A program made the position numbers and the translations under genes. Shown in pieces: positions 26,361-38,375 of a DNA stretch of 64,000 bases. Positions within the stretch are counted from its first letter, which is position 1, and every line of letters begins with the position of its first letter. The stretch is from Lama guanicoe (taxonomy: Eukaryota). The stretch spans positions 3,251,567-3,315,566 of the forward strand of contig MU053629.1 in the NCBI GenBank assembly GCA_013239625.1, given 5' to 3'. Under the pieces are notes generated by a model. It did not search any database and was not told the DNA's origin. It saw nothing but the letters and a program-made list of their open reading frames with translations.

Positions 26361-27059
26361 CACCTCCAACCCCCACCTCCACCCACTGTGACCCTGGGGC
26401 ACAGACAGGTATGGACACTGCTGGACCAGATGATCCCCCAGGCCCTTTCCTGCCCTAAAAAAAAAAATTCTGGCAAATCTGTGTCTGCATCAACAGGCCC
26501 TGTAACCATCCCTTCTGCTCCCCTCAACCCCGCCCCGCCCTGTGACCTCGTCATCCACAGCCTCCTGAAATATCCTGCTCCTGTCCTTCCTGGCTTTGCA
26601 AAGCTTCAGGCCCCGGAGGAAGCAGCCGGCTGTGTCCCTGAGCCTCCCCTAAAATGGGAAAGCCAGCCTTAGTGACTGGCTGCTTCTGAGGAGGGGCTTG
26701 AGACTGCGGAGGGTGGAGACACCTACGGGGCGGGGGAGCGTGTTGGCTAAAGGAGGCTGTGGCTTGTCTGTGGCATCCAGGGACATATAAAACGAGCAAC
26801 TGTAGAGCACCTCAGAGTTTGCAAGGCACCTTGGACATGTGCTGCCTCATCTGAGCCTTCTGCCAACCCTCCCTCTGCGGAGGGCAGGGCGGGCTGTTGT
26901 TACACGAGTTTTGCAGACGGGGAAGCAGAGACCAGAATAACTGAGGGCTTTTTTCAGGGTCATCGTTGGATGTGAGACCTGAATTTAAGCCTGTGAGGTT
27001 ATAAATCCCATCCCCCTTTCCCACGGTGGTGGTTTCCAGACAAGAGACCTGGATTGGTT

Positions 27060-27210
27060 AAGGCTGCATCAGAATCACCTGCAGTGGTTTTTAGACTACA
27101 GATTCTGTGGCCCACAGAATCAGAATGTGTGTGCGTGTGTGCGCGCGCACACGTGTGTAGGGGTTGGAGGCAGGGAATCTGAGGTTCTATAAACTCAGGT
27201 GACCCATACC
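27060..27210. mobile_element. MER5A-like element containing a GT/GC microsatellite
   Basis: gctgcatcagaatcacctg..cagattctgtggccc..cagggaatctg..caggtga. Confidence 0.6.
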
Positions 27211-27407
27211 CTGCTGTCTCCCCTCTCTGCACCACCCCCATCCTTACGCCATGTTCTCTTTGCTACATTTGAGAGCCCGTGGCAGCTCAAGTGAGTATCT
27301 ACACTCAAAGACAGAGCCAGTATATGAGAAGAATTCAACTCCTCTGTACACAAGGGACCACAGGCTCAGAGAGGTTAAGTAACTTGCTTCAGGTCACACA
27401 GCACTCA

Positions 27408-27734
<327 letters not shown>

Positions 27735-28939
27735 TTAGAGGCAGCAGCATTCAGATCAGGCGCCGGGGTCCCAGTGCTGCCAGTCTTAAGGCTCCCAGGC
27801 TCCCTAGAAGCTAGTGAGCTCACAGTCAATGGGCAGTCACAGCCCAGGAGGTGAAAGCAGGGCAGAGGACAATGACCTGGAATGTTGTACGTTTGGGTCA
27901 GTACTTGTGGGATGACTTAAGTGCTTTTAGTGTAAAGAAGATAGCGCTTCTGATGAGGGAAAGCTGAGGAGGCTTCCCTAAGAGGCAGACGTTTCATTTG
28001 AGTCTTGAAGGTAAAGTTAGTTTCACTGGGAAAATGGCAGGAAGGGCATGCCAGGCAGAAGGAACAGCATGAGCAAAGGCACTGAGTCGTAGCCACAGGT
28101 TCAGCCTTCAAGAGTCTGCCTAGATTCAGAGAAAGGAAGAATCTCGGGCGTGCCTCCACCCTGTTCCAGATTCTGGAAGGCTCTCAGCTACCACAACAGG
28201 CCTATATATAGGGACTGAGCACTGCTGAGAGTCAGAGGAGGATTTGCATGGGGTCTTTGTCTTGGCCCTCAGTCCAATGCCCTGGGCCTGGAGCTGGCCA
28301 GACATTCGGACAGGGAACACCCTCTATCAAGGATGTATTTGTGGCTAGAGTTCTTGGGTAACCTCCCAGTCCCAGGATCTAGGGCTGTTGGGGAGGCCAC
28401 TGAGTCTTCAACAGAGCAGGGAGGAGGGTTTCAATCCTGCCTTTAAGGGTTCTCCACTAAGCAGCCTGGAGGGCTCCTGCCCAGGCAGACGCTCCAGGGA
28501 ACTGGAGCGAGGGGCTGTTCCGGGTCCGAGGAGAGAAGGTCGAGGAGAGGACACAGGCACAGCGAACTCCTGAAATCTACTCGTGATATCTGCCCAGGGC
28601 CCCCACCCCATCTCTGTCTCAAATAGTCTGGAAGGGTTCAGGCTTCAGTTGAGCAGTGGCATTTGAGTTATGATCAGAAGAGAATTCCACGCCAAGGTCT
28701 GGGGCTCTGACCAGGAAGAGCCTCCTTGCAGGAGTTTTGCGAGCTCCTCTGGCCATGGGAGCCTCCATCGATGCATGGTCCCAGCTCGCACCAGTCGCCC
28801 TGGGGCCTGGACGGCAGGGATCTGAGACCTGCACGGGTGAGGCCCGGAGCACTCAGTCCCTCTGCAGGACTTGGTGTCAGAGCGCAGGAGATTTCACAGC
28901 CAGGACTATCCCCACCTTCCATCTGTTCTCACCACCCTA

Positions 28940-29405
<466 letters not shown>

Positions 29406-30319
29406 TCATAACCTCCATCAGCCCACGCCAAGCCCCCAAATAATCATACAAGCTAAGAAGCTTCTTTCTTCAACCATGCCCCAGTCAGGGTCATTCCATT
29501 CCAACCAATGTCTCTGGAAGCCCCCTCTCCTGTGCTGAAACTCTGGAACCATAAGCTATTTTACCTTTCGGCTGTCTCTCTTCTACTTGGCCAGGACCTT
29601 TTCCTTTCAGCCTGCCTCCCCTCTTCTCTGTGACCCTGCACCCCTTCTTGATGCCTCCCCAGCCCAGCCCAGCTCCCATCTCTCTCTCTGTCCATCTCTT
29701 CCTGAAACATTAGCTTTTCTCACCTCTTGCACCTCACTCTCCGTGAACACATCTTCTACCTCCCTGCCCCTCCCTTGGCTCCATCTCCCTGTCACCCTGC
29801 CTCTCTCCCTCTCTTTGCTGCTTTTCCTACCAGTCATGCCTACACCCCCTGGTTCCTTCATCTTCAGTTCAATTTCATTACTTTCCAAGCAGCTTCAGAA
29901 GGAGCAGGAAAGAGAAGTGTTTCCCTGGGAGGTGACAGACAACCTTGAAGATCTTTCTATGTCATTAAATGTTTCAAAGAGTGATATCTGAGCCAGCTTT
30001 GCAGAAATTCACACTCTAGGGCTCGGGAAGGAGGCTGAATGGCAGACCACGGGTAGGTCACCCAGCCTGCTGCCACCTCCTAGTTGGACCTTCACCTGGT
30101 ACGTACAGGACACACGACAAGATGGCCTCAAACTATAGCTTCATTCACTGGAATCCTGGAATAGGGGTGCCTGTGGGGTTCAGGCATGGACAGGCATAAA
30201 TAATGTTCTAGGCGATGTTCAATGGAGAAAAAGATTGCTCCCAGCTAAGGAATCAGGCAAGACTTCCTAGAAGGAGGGCACCTGAAGTGAGCTGTAAAAG
30301 ACGTCCTACTTGTCCGACT

Positions 30320-30408
30320 ATCACAGTGAACAACTGTCCCAATTTCACCAGTGAAAGTCCCTCATTCTGAGAAACCCCTCACTGCTGAGCAAACTGGGAT
30401 GGCTAGAG
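30320..30408. mobile_element. MER94-like (hAT-Blackjack) MITE
   Basis: aactgtcccaattt.accagtgaaagtccc..gagaaacccctca..gcaaactgggatgg. Confidence 0.55.
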
Positions 30409-30821
30409 ACTCTCCTGCCTGAAGACAGGGAGATGATGAGTGCTCCAGGGATTGGAGGACAGAAAGCGGTACTCGAGTACTGGTATGTACAAAAGCACAA
30501 GGTTCTGCTGAAGCCAGTGAGGACATGGGATCTTTGAGAAATAAAGGGTTGACGGAAAAATCACTACAGCCCCACCAACCCTCCTGCGTGTACCTCCCAT
30601 TTGCTGATGAGGGTTCAGTGATCAGTGTCACGGAGACTGTCCATCATCCTTTAGGAGATGGAACCACTCTACGCCTGGAATCCCAATCACCCAGTCTTGC
30701 TTCATCTCATCTTCACTGTGCCTCAATATTCACACATACAAACCAAGCTGCCAAACTCTGAGTGAGCCTCACCCTGCATTTTCCACCTGGTACTACAATG
30801 AGTGAGGCAATATCAAGTCCA

Positions 30822-31925
30822 ACAGCCAAAGCAATTCTGAGAAAGAAGAACGAAGCTAGGGGGCATCACGCTTCCGGATTTCAAATTATATTACAAAGCC
30901 ATAGTAATCCAAACAGTGTGGTATTGGCATAAAAACAGACACATAAATCCATGGAAAAGAATAGAGAGCCCAGAAAGAAACCCATGTGTATATGGTCAAT
31001 TAAGTTATGACAAAGGAACCAAGAATATACAGTGGGGAAAAGACAGTCTCTTCAATAAATGGTGTTGGGAAAACTGGAGAGCCACATGCAAAAGAATGAA
31101 ACTGGACCCTTATCTTACATTATACATAAGAATCAACTCAAAATGGATGAAAGACTTGAACGCAGGACCAGAGCCATAAAACTCCTAGAAGATAACATAG
31201 GTAGGAAGCTCCTTGACATTGGTCTTGGCAATGGTTTTTTGGATTTGACACTAAAATCAAAGGCAACTAAAGCAACATAAACAAGTAGGACTACATCAGG
31301 CTAAAAGCTTCTGCACAGCAAAGGAAACCATCAACAAAATGCAAAGGCAACCTACCAAATGTGAAAAATATTTGCAAACCATATATTTTGCAAAGGGTTA
31401 ATATCCAAAATGTGTAAAGAGCTTACACAACAAAATAGCAAAACCCCAAACAATCCGATTTGAAAAATGGGCAGAGGATCTGAATAGCCATTTTACAAAG
31501 AAGACACACAGATGACCAAGAAGTATTTGAAAAGGTTCTCAACATCAGTAATCATTGGGGAAATGCAAATGAAAACCACAATGAGCTATCGCCTCACACC
31601 TGTCAGAGTGGCTAGTACCCAAAAGGCAAGAAATAACAAGCGTTGACAAGGATGTGGGAAAAAGGGAACCCTTGTGCACTGTTGGCAACAGTGTAAATTG
31701 CCACTATGGAAACCAGTATGGAGGTTCCTCAAACTGACAAACAGAACCACCGTATAATCCAGCAATTCTGCTCCTGGGTATTTATCTGTAAGAAATGAAA
31801 ACACTAACTCAAAAAGATTTCTGCACCCTCGTGTTCACTTCAGCATTATTTATAATAGCCAAGACACGGAAGCAACTTAAATGTTCATCAGTGGATGAAT
31901 GGATAGAGAAAATGTGTATTCACAA

Positions 31926-31980
<55 letters not shown>

Positions 31981-32540
31981 GGAATACTATTCAGCCACAA
32001 AGAAGGAAATCTTGCCATCTGTTCCACCATGGATGGACCTTGAAGGCATTATGCCAAGCAAAATAAGAGAAAGACAAATACTGTATGATCTTACTTATAC
32101 ATGGAGTTTAAAAAACAAATAAATGAACAAACAAAAACTGAGCTCATCGATACAGAGAACGGGTTGGTAGTTGTCACACGTAGGGAGGAGGCAGAAGGGA
32201 CAAAGATGGTCAAAAGTACAAACTTCCAGTTACAAGATACACAAGCTCTGGGATGTGATGTGCAGCATGGCGACTACAATGAGAAAGAAGAACAAAGCTG
32301 GGGGAGTCACGCTTCTGGATTTCAAATTATATCACAAAGCCATAGTATTGTATATTTGGGAGTTACTAAGAGAGTAGATCTTGAAAGTTCTCATCACAAG
32401 GAAAAAATTGTAACTATGTGTGGTGATCAATGTTAACTAGACTTAATGTGATGATCATTTCACAATATACACAGATGTTGGATTGTTATATTGTACACCG
32501 GAAACTAACAGGTTATATATCAATTATATCTCAAAACAAA
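30822..32540 (+). mobile_element. 5'-truncated LINE-1 (degraded ORF2 3' end plus 3' UTR)
   Basis: ORF 30916-31179 gives L1 ORF2-like peptide ([44 protein letters not shown]); 3' UTR ending tcaattatatctcaaaacaaaa; candidate TSD aatatcaagtcca (30809-30821) / aaaatcaagtcta (32539-32551). Confidence 0.93.
31928..31978. repeat. (CA)n microsatellite inside L1
   Basis: Uninterrupted CA run of roughly 25 units. Confidence 0.97.
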
Positions 32541-33354
32541 AATCAAGTCTAGTTATGGTTACAGCCTGCACACACACTGAAAGAGGCTCACGGGACAGAG
32601 AATAACAAATCACCCCGTGGTCCGGCGTCTCCCACATCACCCCATCTCTTGGACAAGTACTCAGTGAGTGGAAAGACTAGCAGAATGACCTACTGTATCA
32701 TTTCTCTACTTTTGTTGCCAAGCACATGTAGTTATATTCGCATAAGTTTGACGCACATATGTGTCTCCACTGTAATACTAATAACCACATTTTAAATGCT
32801 CATTTGTGATATTTAAAACCCTGTGAATTAGGTTTTATTATTTCTCCATTTTACAGATGGGGAAATCAAGGATCAGAGAGATTAAGTGACTGCCTAAGGT
32901 TAGAGTCAAGGGCAGCCTGGGTCTTCTGGCTCTGGCTCTCTCCACCACAGATGAATGGGGTATTTTCTGAATGATGATTCTGAGGAGAGGAACTTAAGAG
33001 GTGCCTTGGGGACAAGGTGGCAGTTGCAAAGCGCAAGGGCAGGGATACTACAGAGATTAGCCACGTTCTCCCCATCATCACTGTGAACAACCCTGGGGCT
33101 GGAACAAGGGATTCCCCATGTTGCTACGACACAATTACTGTCCTCAGTCCTTGGCTCTGTACTGAGCTGTTGGAGTCCAGAGCCCGCTTGTCCTTGGGGC
33201 AATTCCAGGACAGGCAGATACATTTTGCTTGTCAGAGGGGACCTCTATTCTCTCTGTCACAACCAAAACCCAGTAGGAAGCAGAACTATGCTGGGACAGG
33301 GAGCCGGGATATTGTCATGAAGCCCACGCACTAATTCTTGGGTGCTTCTGTTCC

Positions 33355-34105
33355 TCCACGCATCCATTCAACCACCATTTACCAGGCACTGCTAGTCCCA
33401 GAAAGTGTCCCGTCCTCTTGGAGCGTATAGTGGGGGCAGAGCCATAGGAGCAGCACTGAGGGCAGACTGCAGAAGAGCTATGATAGGGGTCATTTGGGAC
33501 ATCAGAGGAAGACACAGGCAGGTGTGAACCCAGGCTGGGGGTGGCCAGGGAAGATGTTCTCAAAGAAAAGGCCTGATGGAGGGGTAAGGATGGGGAATGG
33601 ATTAAGGCAGAAGAAGTAATACATATAATTGCTTGGAGGTGGGAAAAAACTTGAACGTGAGAGAAAATAGAAAAAAAAAAAGGTACGTGTGTCTGGAGTG
33701 TAGACTTTAAGGGAGAGCAAGGTACGAGGGGAGGCCAGGGTACCAGGTCCAAGGGCTCTGTGAGCCGTGTTCAGGGAGGCAGATTTCACGCAAGGAGCAG
33801 GAGGCTCTGAATGTGTTCTAAGCAGAGAACTGACACGATCAGGTGTGGCCGTAGAAAGAAGAGAAGGGACAGATTCCAGCTGTGTTTATGAGGTTGAATC
33901 AGAAAGGACGTGGAGATTGACAAGGTGCTGAGGAAGGAGGAGGGGGCAGGGAGGACAGCAGCCCAGCTCTGGCTTAGGCTGCTGGGTGGATGCTGGCGCC
34001 ATTGCTTTACGGAGACACAAGGGGAAGAACAAATATTGGGAGAGAAAGAATGAGGTGGATTTCGTTCACTATGTTGGAGGTGTCTCGGGGACACCCAGGA
34101 AGGCA
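33355..34105 (-). mobile_element. Degraded L2
   Basis: catccattcaac..accaggcactgct; tctaagcagagaactgacacgatcag; tttacggagac..ggaagaaca..tgttggaggtgtct.gggacaccca. Confidence 0.55.
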
Positions 34106-34426
34106 TTCAAAACCCATTCGCCTGCCCCTCACTGATGCCCTCACACCTGAGTGCCTTCGTTCCTCCGCTCCTCCATTTGACAAACATTTACCGAGTACCT
34201 GCTAGTGCTACGAAGTGTCCTGGCCGCTCAGAGCGTACAGTCTGGTGGGGACAGAGCCACGCGAGGAGCAGTGGTGGTACGCTGCGAAAATGCCATGATA
34301 GGGGCAGGACAGGGCGTTGGAGAAGCAAGAGGAAATGCAGTTCTATTAAGCATGACAACCTGGGCTCTCAGACCGCAGACTGGTGTGTGCGCACACGCAC
34401 CTGTACATGCTCGTTTCCATGTTTCC

Positions 34427-34447
34427 GTGTGTGTGTGTGTGTGTGTT
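34427..34447. repeat. (GT)n microsatellite
   Basis: Direct reading, about 10 units. Confidence 0.9.
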
Positions 34448-35627
34448 TTATGGGGCACCAAGAAAAAGAGGTCTATGTCACATTAGGAACCCATGGAAAT
34501 AAACAGACAACATCTGTAAACTGAAAAAGCAAAGCAACTCAGAGCCACTAATACAGGGGCAAATAACCCCTCATAGCTAAATTGACAGGAAGAAGTTACA
34601 TTCAATTTATAATATTCTGATTAAGGAAGCAGGGAAGTGTGTAATCCATTCCACAGACATTCCCACCAGAGTGATTAAGTGGGAAAAAAAAGTTAGGGTT
34701 CACAGGGAGAAGCTCCAGGTGTCTTAACAAGTCCACTTAAAAACACCTCATTCCCCAGCAATGACAGAAATGAGACGGTGAGTCAGTTATCTACCCTGTT
34801 GAAGGGGAATAAAAACTATCATCATTAAAATTGCAACAGGACAATCTTCCACAGACAATCTTCCACAGACAATCACCAGCTCTTTCCAATTTGGCTCTCG
34901 GATGTCACCCCCTCGCACACACTTTTTGGTTTCTGTCACAGATGCTCCTTCCTAATTATATTTGGCTTTGGCTGGGTTTTCAAGTGGGCGTATCTTCGCT
35001 GGGCAGTGAGTGAGCGCTTGGGGCACTGGGAAGCGTGTGGCCTGGCTCGTTCTGTCCCTTTAAGCCGGCCAACTCTCACCCGTCCCAGCCAGAGCATCGC
35101 CCAGCTGACCTCTTCCAACTGCGGGGCCCGACCTCCCCTACCCCCAGGGGAGTGACTGCGTCTCTCCCGTCACCGCCAACCTTGACCTTGACTGCAGACA
35201 GGCTTTAAATGTTTAACTGCACTTGAAAGAGCAGTTTTAATATGTGCCAGGCCACGAGATAAAGGCATACATTTTCTCATTCACTTCGCACAACAACCCC
35301 TTTATAGCGGGTTGCCGATTAGGAAACAGAGGCCCAGAGAGGTTAAATACCTTGTCCAAGGTCACACAGCTGGGGAGCGACTGGGTGTCTGAGCTCTAAC
35401 CCCTGCTGTCCCACTGGGTGTGGCCTGGTGTGGGTGGACGAAGGGACCTGGGAGGTTGGCGGCCAGCCTGGGCTCACATGGCCACCTTGGACAGTGTCCC
35501 GGGAGCTGTGGGCCTTATCCAGGGATTGGTTTATGTGGGAGTGCTGGTCACAGGGCCCAGGTTTTTCATGACAGCCCCTATTTCCCATAATTTTATTCTC
35601 TTCAGTTAAGGTAATTTATTCAGAACT

Positions 35628-36125
35628 TTTTCTATTGTGAAAAAACACATATAGCATACATTTTTCCATTTTAATCATGTTTAAGAGTACAATTAATTCA
35701 GTGGCATGAACTGCACTTCCAGCGATGAGCAGCTATCATCACTGTTTCCAAAACCTTTCCATCACCCCACATGGGAACTCTGGAACCATCAAGCATTAAC
35801 CTCTCATTCCCTCCCTTCTGGCAACCTCTAATCTACTTTCTCTATGCATTTGCTTCAGCTAGATATTTCACATTAGTGGAATCATACAAAATTAGCCTTT
35901 TGCGCCTGTCTTCTTTCACTTGGCATAATGTTTGCAAGGTTCCTCCATGTCATAGTGTGTATCAGGATTTCATTCCTTTTCATGGCTGAATAGTATTCTA
36001 TTGCATAAATACGTCATGTTTTCTTTAGCCGTGCATCTCCTGAGGGACACTTGGGTTGTTTCCACCATTTGGCTGTTGTGAATAATGCTGCTATGAACAG
36101 GGCTATACAAGTATTGTTTTGAATC
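35628..36125 (-). mobile_element. L1MB-like 3' region
   Basis: agtggaatcataca..ctttcacttggcataatgttt.caaggttc.tccatgt..ttcattccttttcatggctgaatagtattc..ggacacttgggttgtttccac..ttggctgttgtgaataatgctgctatgaac. Confidence 0.9.
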
Positions 36126-36496
36126 ACTGAAGATCATTTATTAAAGGCACAACTCACCATCTTTTCATGCCTTTATTGCCTTCCTCTATTAGGAACAATA
36201 ACTCAGCTGACCATTGTTTTTCTGTCACGTTTATATAAGCAGATTTAGGTACCTTGTGTCCAATCTCCCCCACTAGCCTTGGAGTCTCTGTGGGTTACAG
36301 CGCCCAGGGGGAGCTGGAATGTGCCCCTGTTTGTGGCTGCCTCTGTCCCTCACATGCACACACAGTCTCACCCAGCATCCAGCCCAGAGCTGGCCACAGG
36401 AAGAGCCGTCAGCAGCGCTGACAAGGGGGCCTGCCCAGCCCTTCTCCAGCAACCAAAGAGCCCCCTCCCAGCTGCTCGTGGGAATTCACAGCCTCA

Positions 36497-36658
36497 GACA
36501 GTGGTCCTCAGCCTGGCCGCTCATCTGCACCACTCTGCAGGTTTTAAAAACCTCTCATGCCTGAGCTTCAGTCCTAGACACTCTGATTTAATTATTCTGG
36601 AGAGGTGGTGTCCCAGGGACAGGTCCTTTAAAAGAGCTCAGCAGGTGAGAACTACTGT
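36497..36658. mobile_element. MER5A-like element
   Basis: cagtggtcctcagcctgg..ctctgatttaatt..ttttaaaag..tgagaactactg style termini and core. Confidence 0.55.
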
Positions 36659-38154
36659 CTTTCTGGTGATCTGCGTTCTCACTGGTCCTCTCAGGGAGAG
36701 GGGCAGGAGAATGCTGAGCCTGAGGTGGGAGTGAGAGAGATGGATGGTGTCTCCCATTCCATAGACGGCAACACTGAGACGCAGCAAGGAGGAGGCAGTG
36801 TGGCCACTGACATGAAGGTCAAGGGATAGAAATAAACTGGGGATCCACTGTCTCTGAGCTGCCCCGGCCTGTGCTGGAGTCTGGGCCAAGTCCCCACAGC
36901 TCCCGCTTAGCAATGGAAAGGCTTGACCCAGTCAGAGCATCTCCCAGGAATGGCCCTCGGCCCTGAGTCCGCTCCTCACGGCCCCCATGCCCCCACCCAC
37001 CCCAAGAAGAAGCAGGGGTGCTGCTAGGTCATGGGCTTGCTGCTGAGTTTACAAAGCAGCAGGCGTGGAGGCAGAGACGGAGCAGCAGCTGCCGGAAACC
37101 ACTCCAGCTGATAAAAAAAAAAAAGTGACTTCCCAGAGAGCGAGGCCATTTGTTAACAGACTTGCCCCAATAAAAACACAGGCAAACCCACCAAAGCTGA
37201 GCCCTTCCACTTTCCCCAGACGCAAGCTGCAAATCTGAAGCAGCATGGAAGGGTGCACCGGAGCCAACGCTGGGCAATCTTGGGCAGCCCCCTCCCCTCT
37301 CTGGGCTTCTGTGTTTACATCTGTAAAATGACAGACCTGGATCAGTGGTTCTTGCTTGGGCACCTGGAAAAGGGGTGGGGGGGGGATCAGGGACAGTCCT
37401 GCACAAGGAAGAATTACGCCCTCCACGTGCCAGCGGCGTCCGCATTAAGAAACACCAGCAGGTAAAGGTCGGGGTCTCTTCCCGTTCTGACATTGTGTGA
37501 TCCTCTGCTCTGTTGCCAAAGGCCCCCACCTGAGAAACAGGCGAGAGGAGACAGGGTGGGAGGTAGGTTTGCTCCGGTGTGGAAAGGAAGATTTGAGGTG
37601 GTTACCCAGGCTCGGAGCCGAGCCAGTGCTCTGCCGGCTAACTCTCCACCACTTAGACTGCTGGAATGAAATATTAATAGACCAAGGTCCTGCAGATGAA
37701 AACCCAGATCTCCTGACACAGTCCCTAAGCCTGGCAGATGCTGACAGCACAGGATTATAATGATGTATCATTAGCTCTTAGTGATCTATTTATTACACTT
37801 GTTACTTACTCTGTGTTATTTAACCACACAGTCTGTGTCCCTCAAACCTCTGAGGGGAGGTGGGATTCGGTGGCTGCACACAACGCAGGCTGCACCCCCA
37901 CGTCTCGCTGGTCCCCTGGGAAGAGGGCGGAGGACTAAACACACATGCAGGAAAAACGCTAACCCTGTGAGCCTCCAGTGGGCCAGCTGCCTTCTCATAA
38001 AGGGTTGTTTCGCTTAATCCTCTTACTGACCCTGTGCCATTTGTTCAGACCTCACCTTGTTTCAAAGAGGATTTGAGGCCAACCATGTGAGGTGGAATAT
38101 TATTGCATTTTTCAATAGAGAGAACTGAGGCTTAGAGACATCAAATAAGCAAAT

Positions 38155-38375
38155 CAGAGTTTCCCAGCCTCAGCATGATCAACATTTTGGGCCAGAAAAT
38201 TCTTTGCTGTGGGGGCGTCCTGCACACTAGAGGATGGTTAGTGGCACCCCTGGCTTCTGCCCATTAGAAGCCAGTAGCTGCCCCCCTGCCACCTTCACAA
38301 CCGTGACAACCAAAAAGGTCTCCAGATATAGACAAATGTCCCCTCCAGGAGAAAAGCACCCTGAATTGCAAAAGA
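38155..38375 (-). mobile_element. MER20
   Basis: Reverse of consensus: acattttgggccaga.aattctttgctgtggggg..tcctgcac..aggatggttag..gtgacaaccaaaaaggtctccaga. Confidence 0.85.

Noticed and set aside
30916..31280. Functional reverse transcriptase gene
   Set aside because: 5'-truncated, frameshifted L1 ORF2 remnant lacking endonuclease and RT core.
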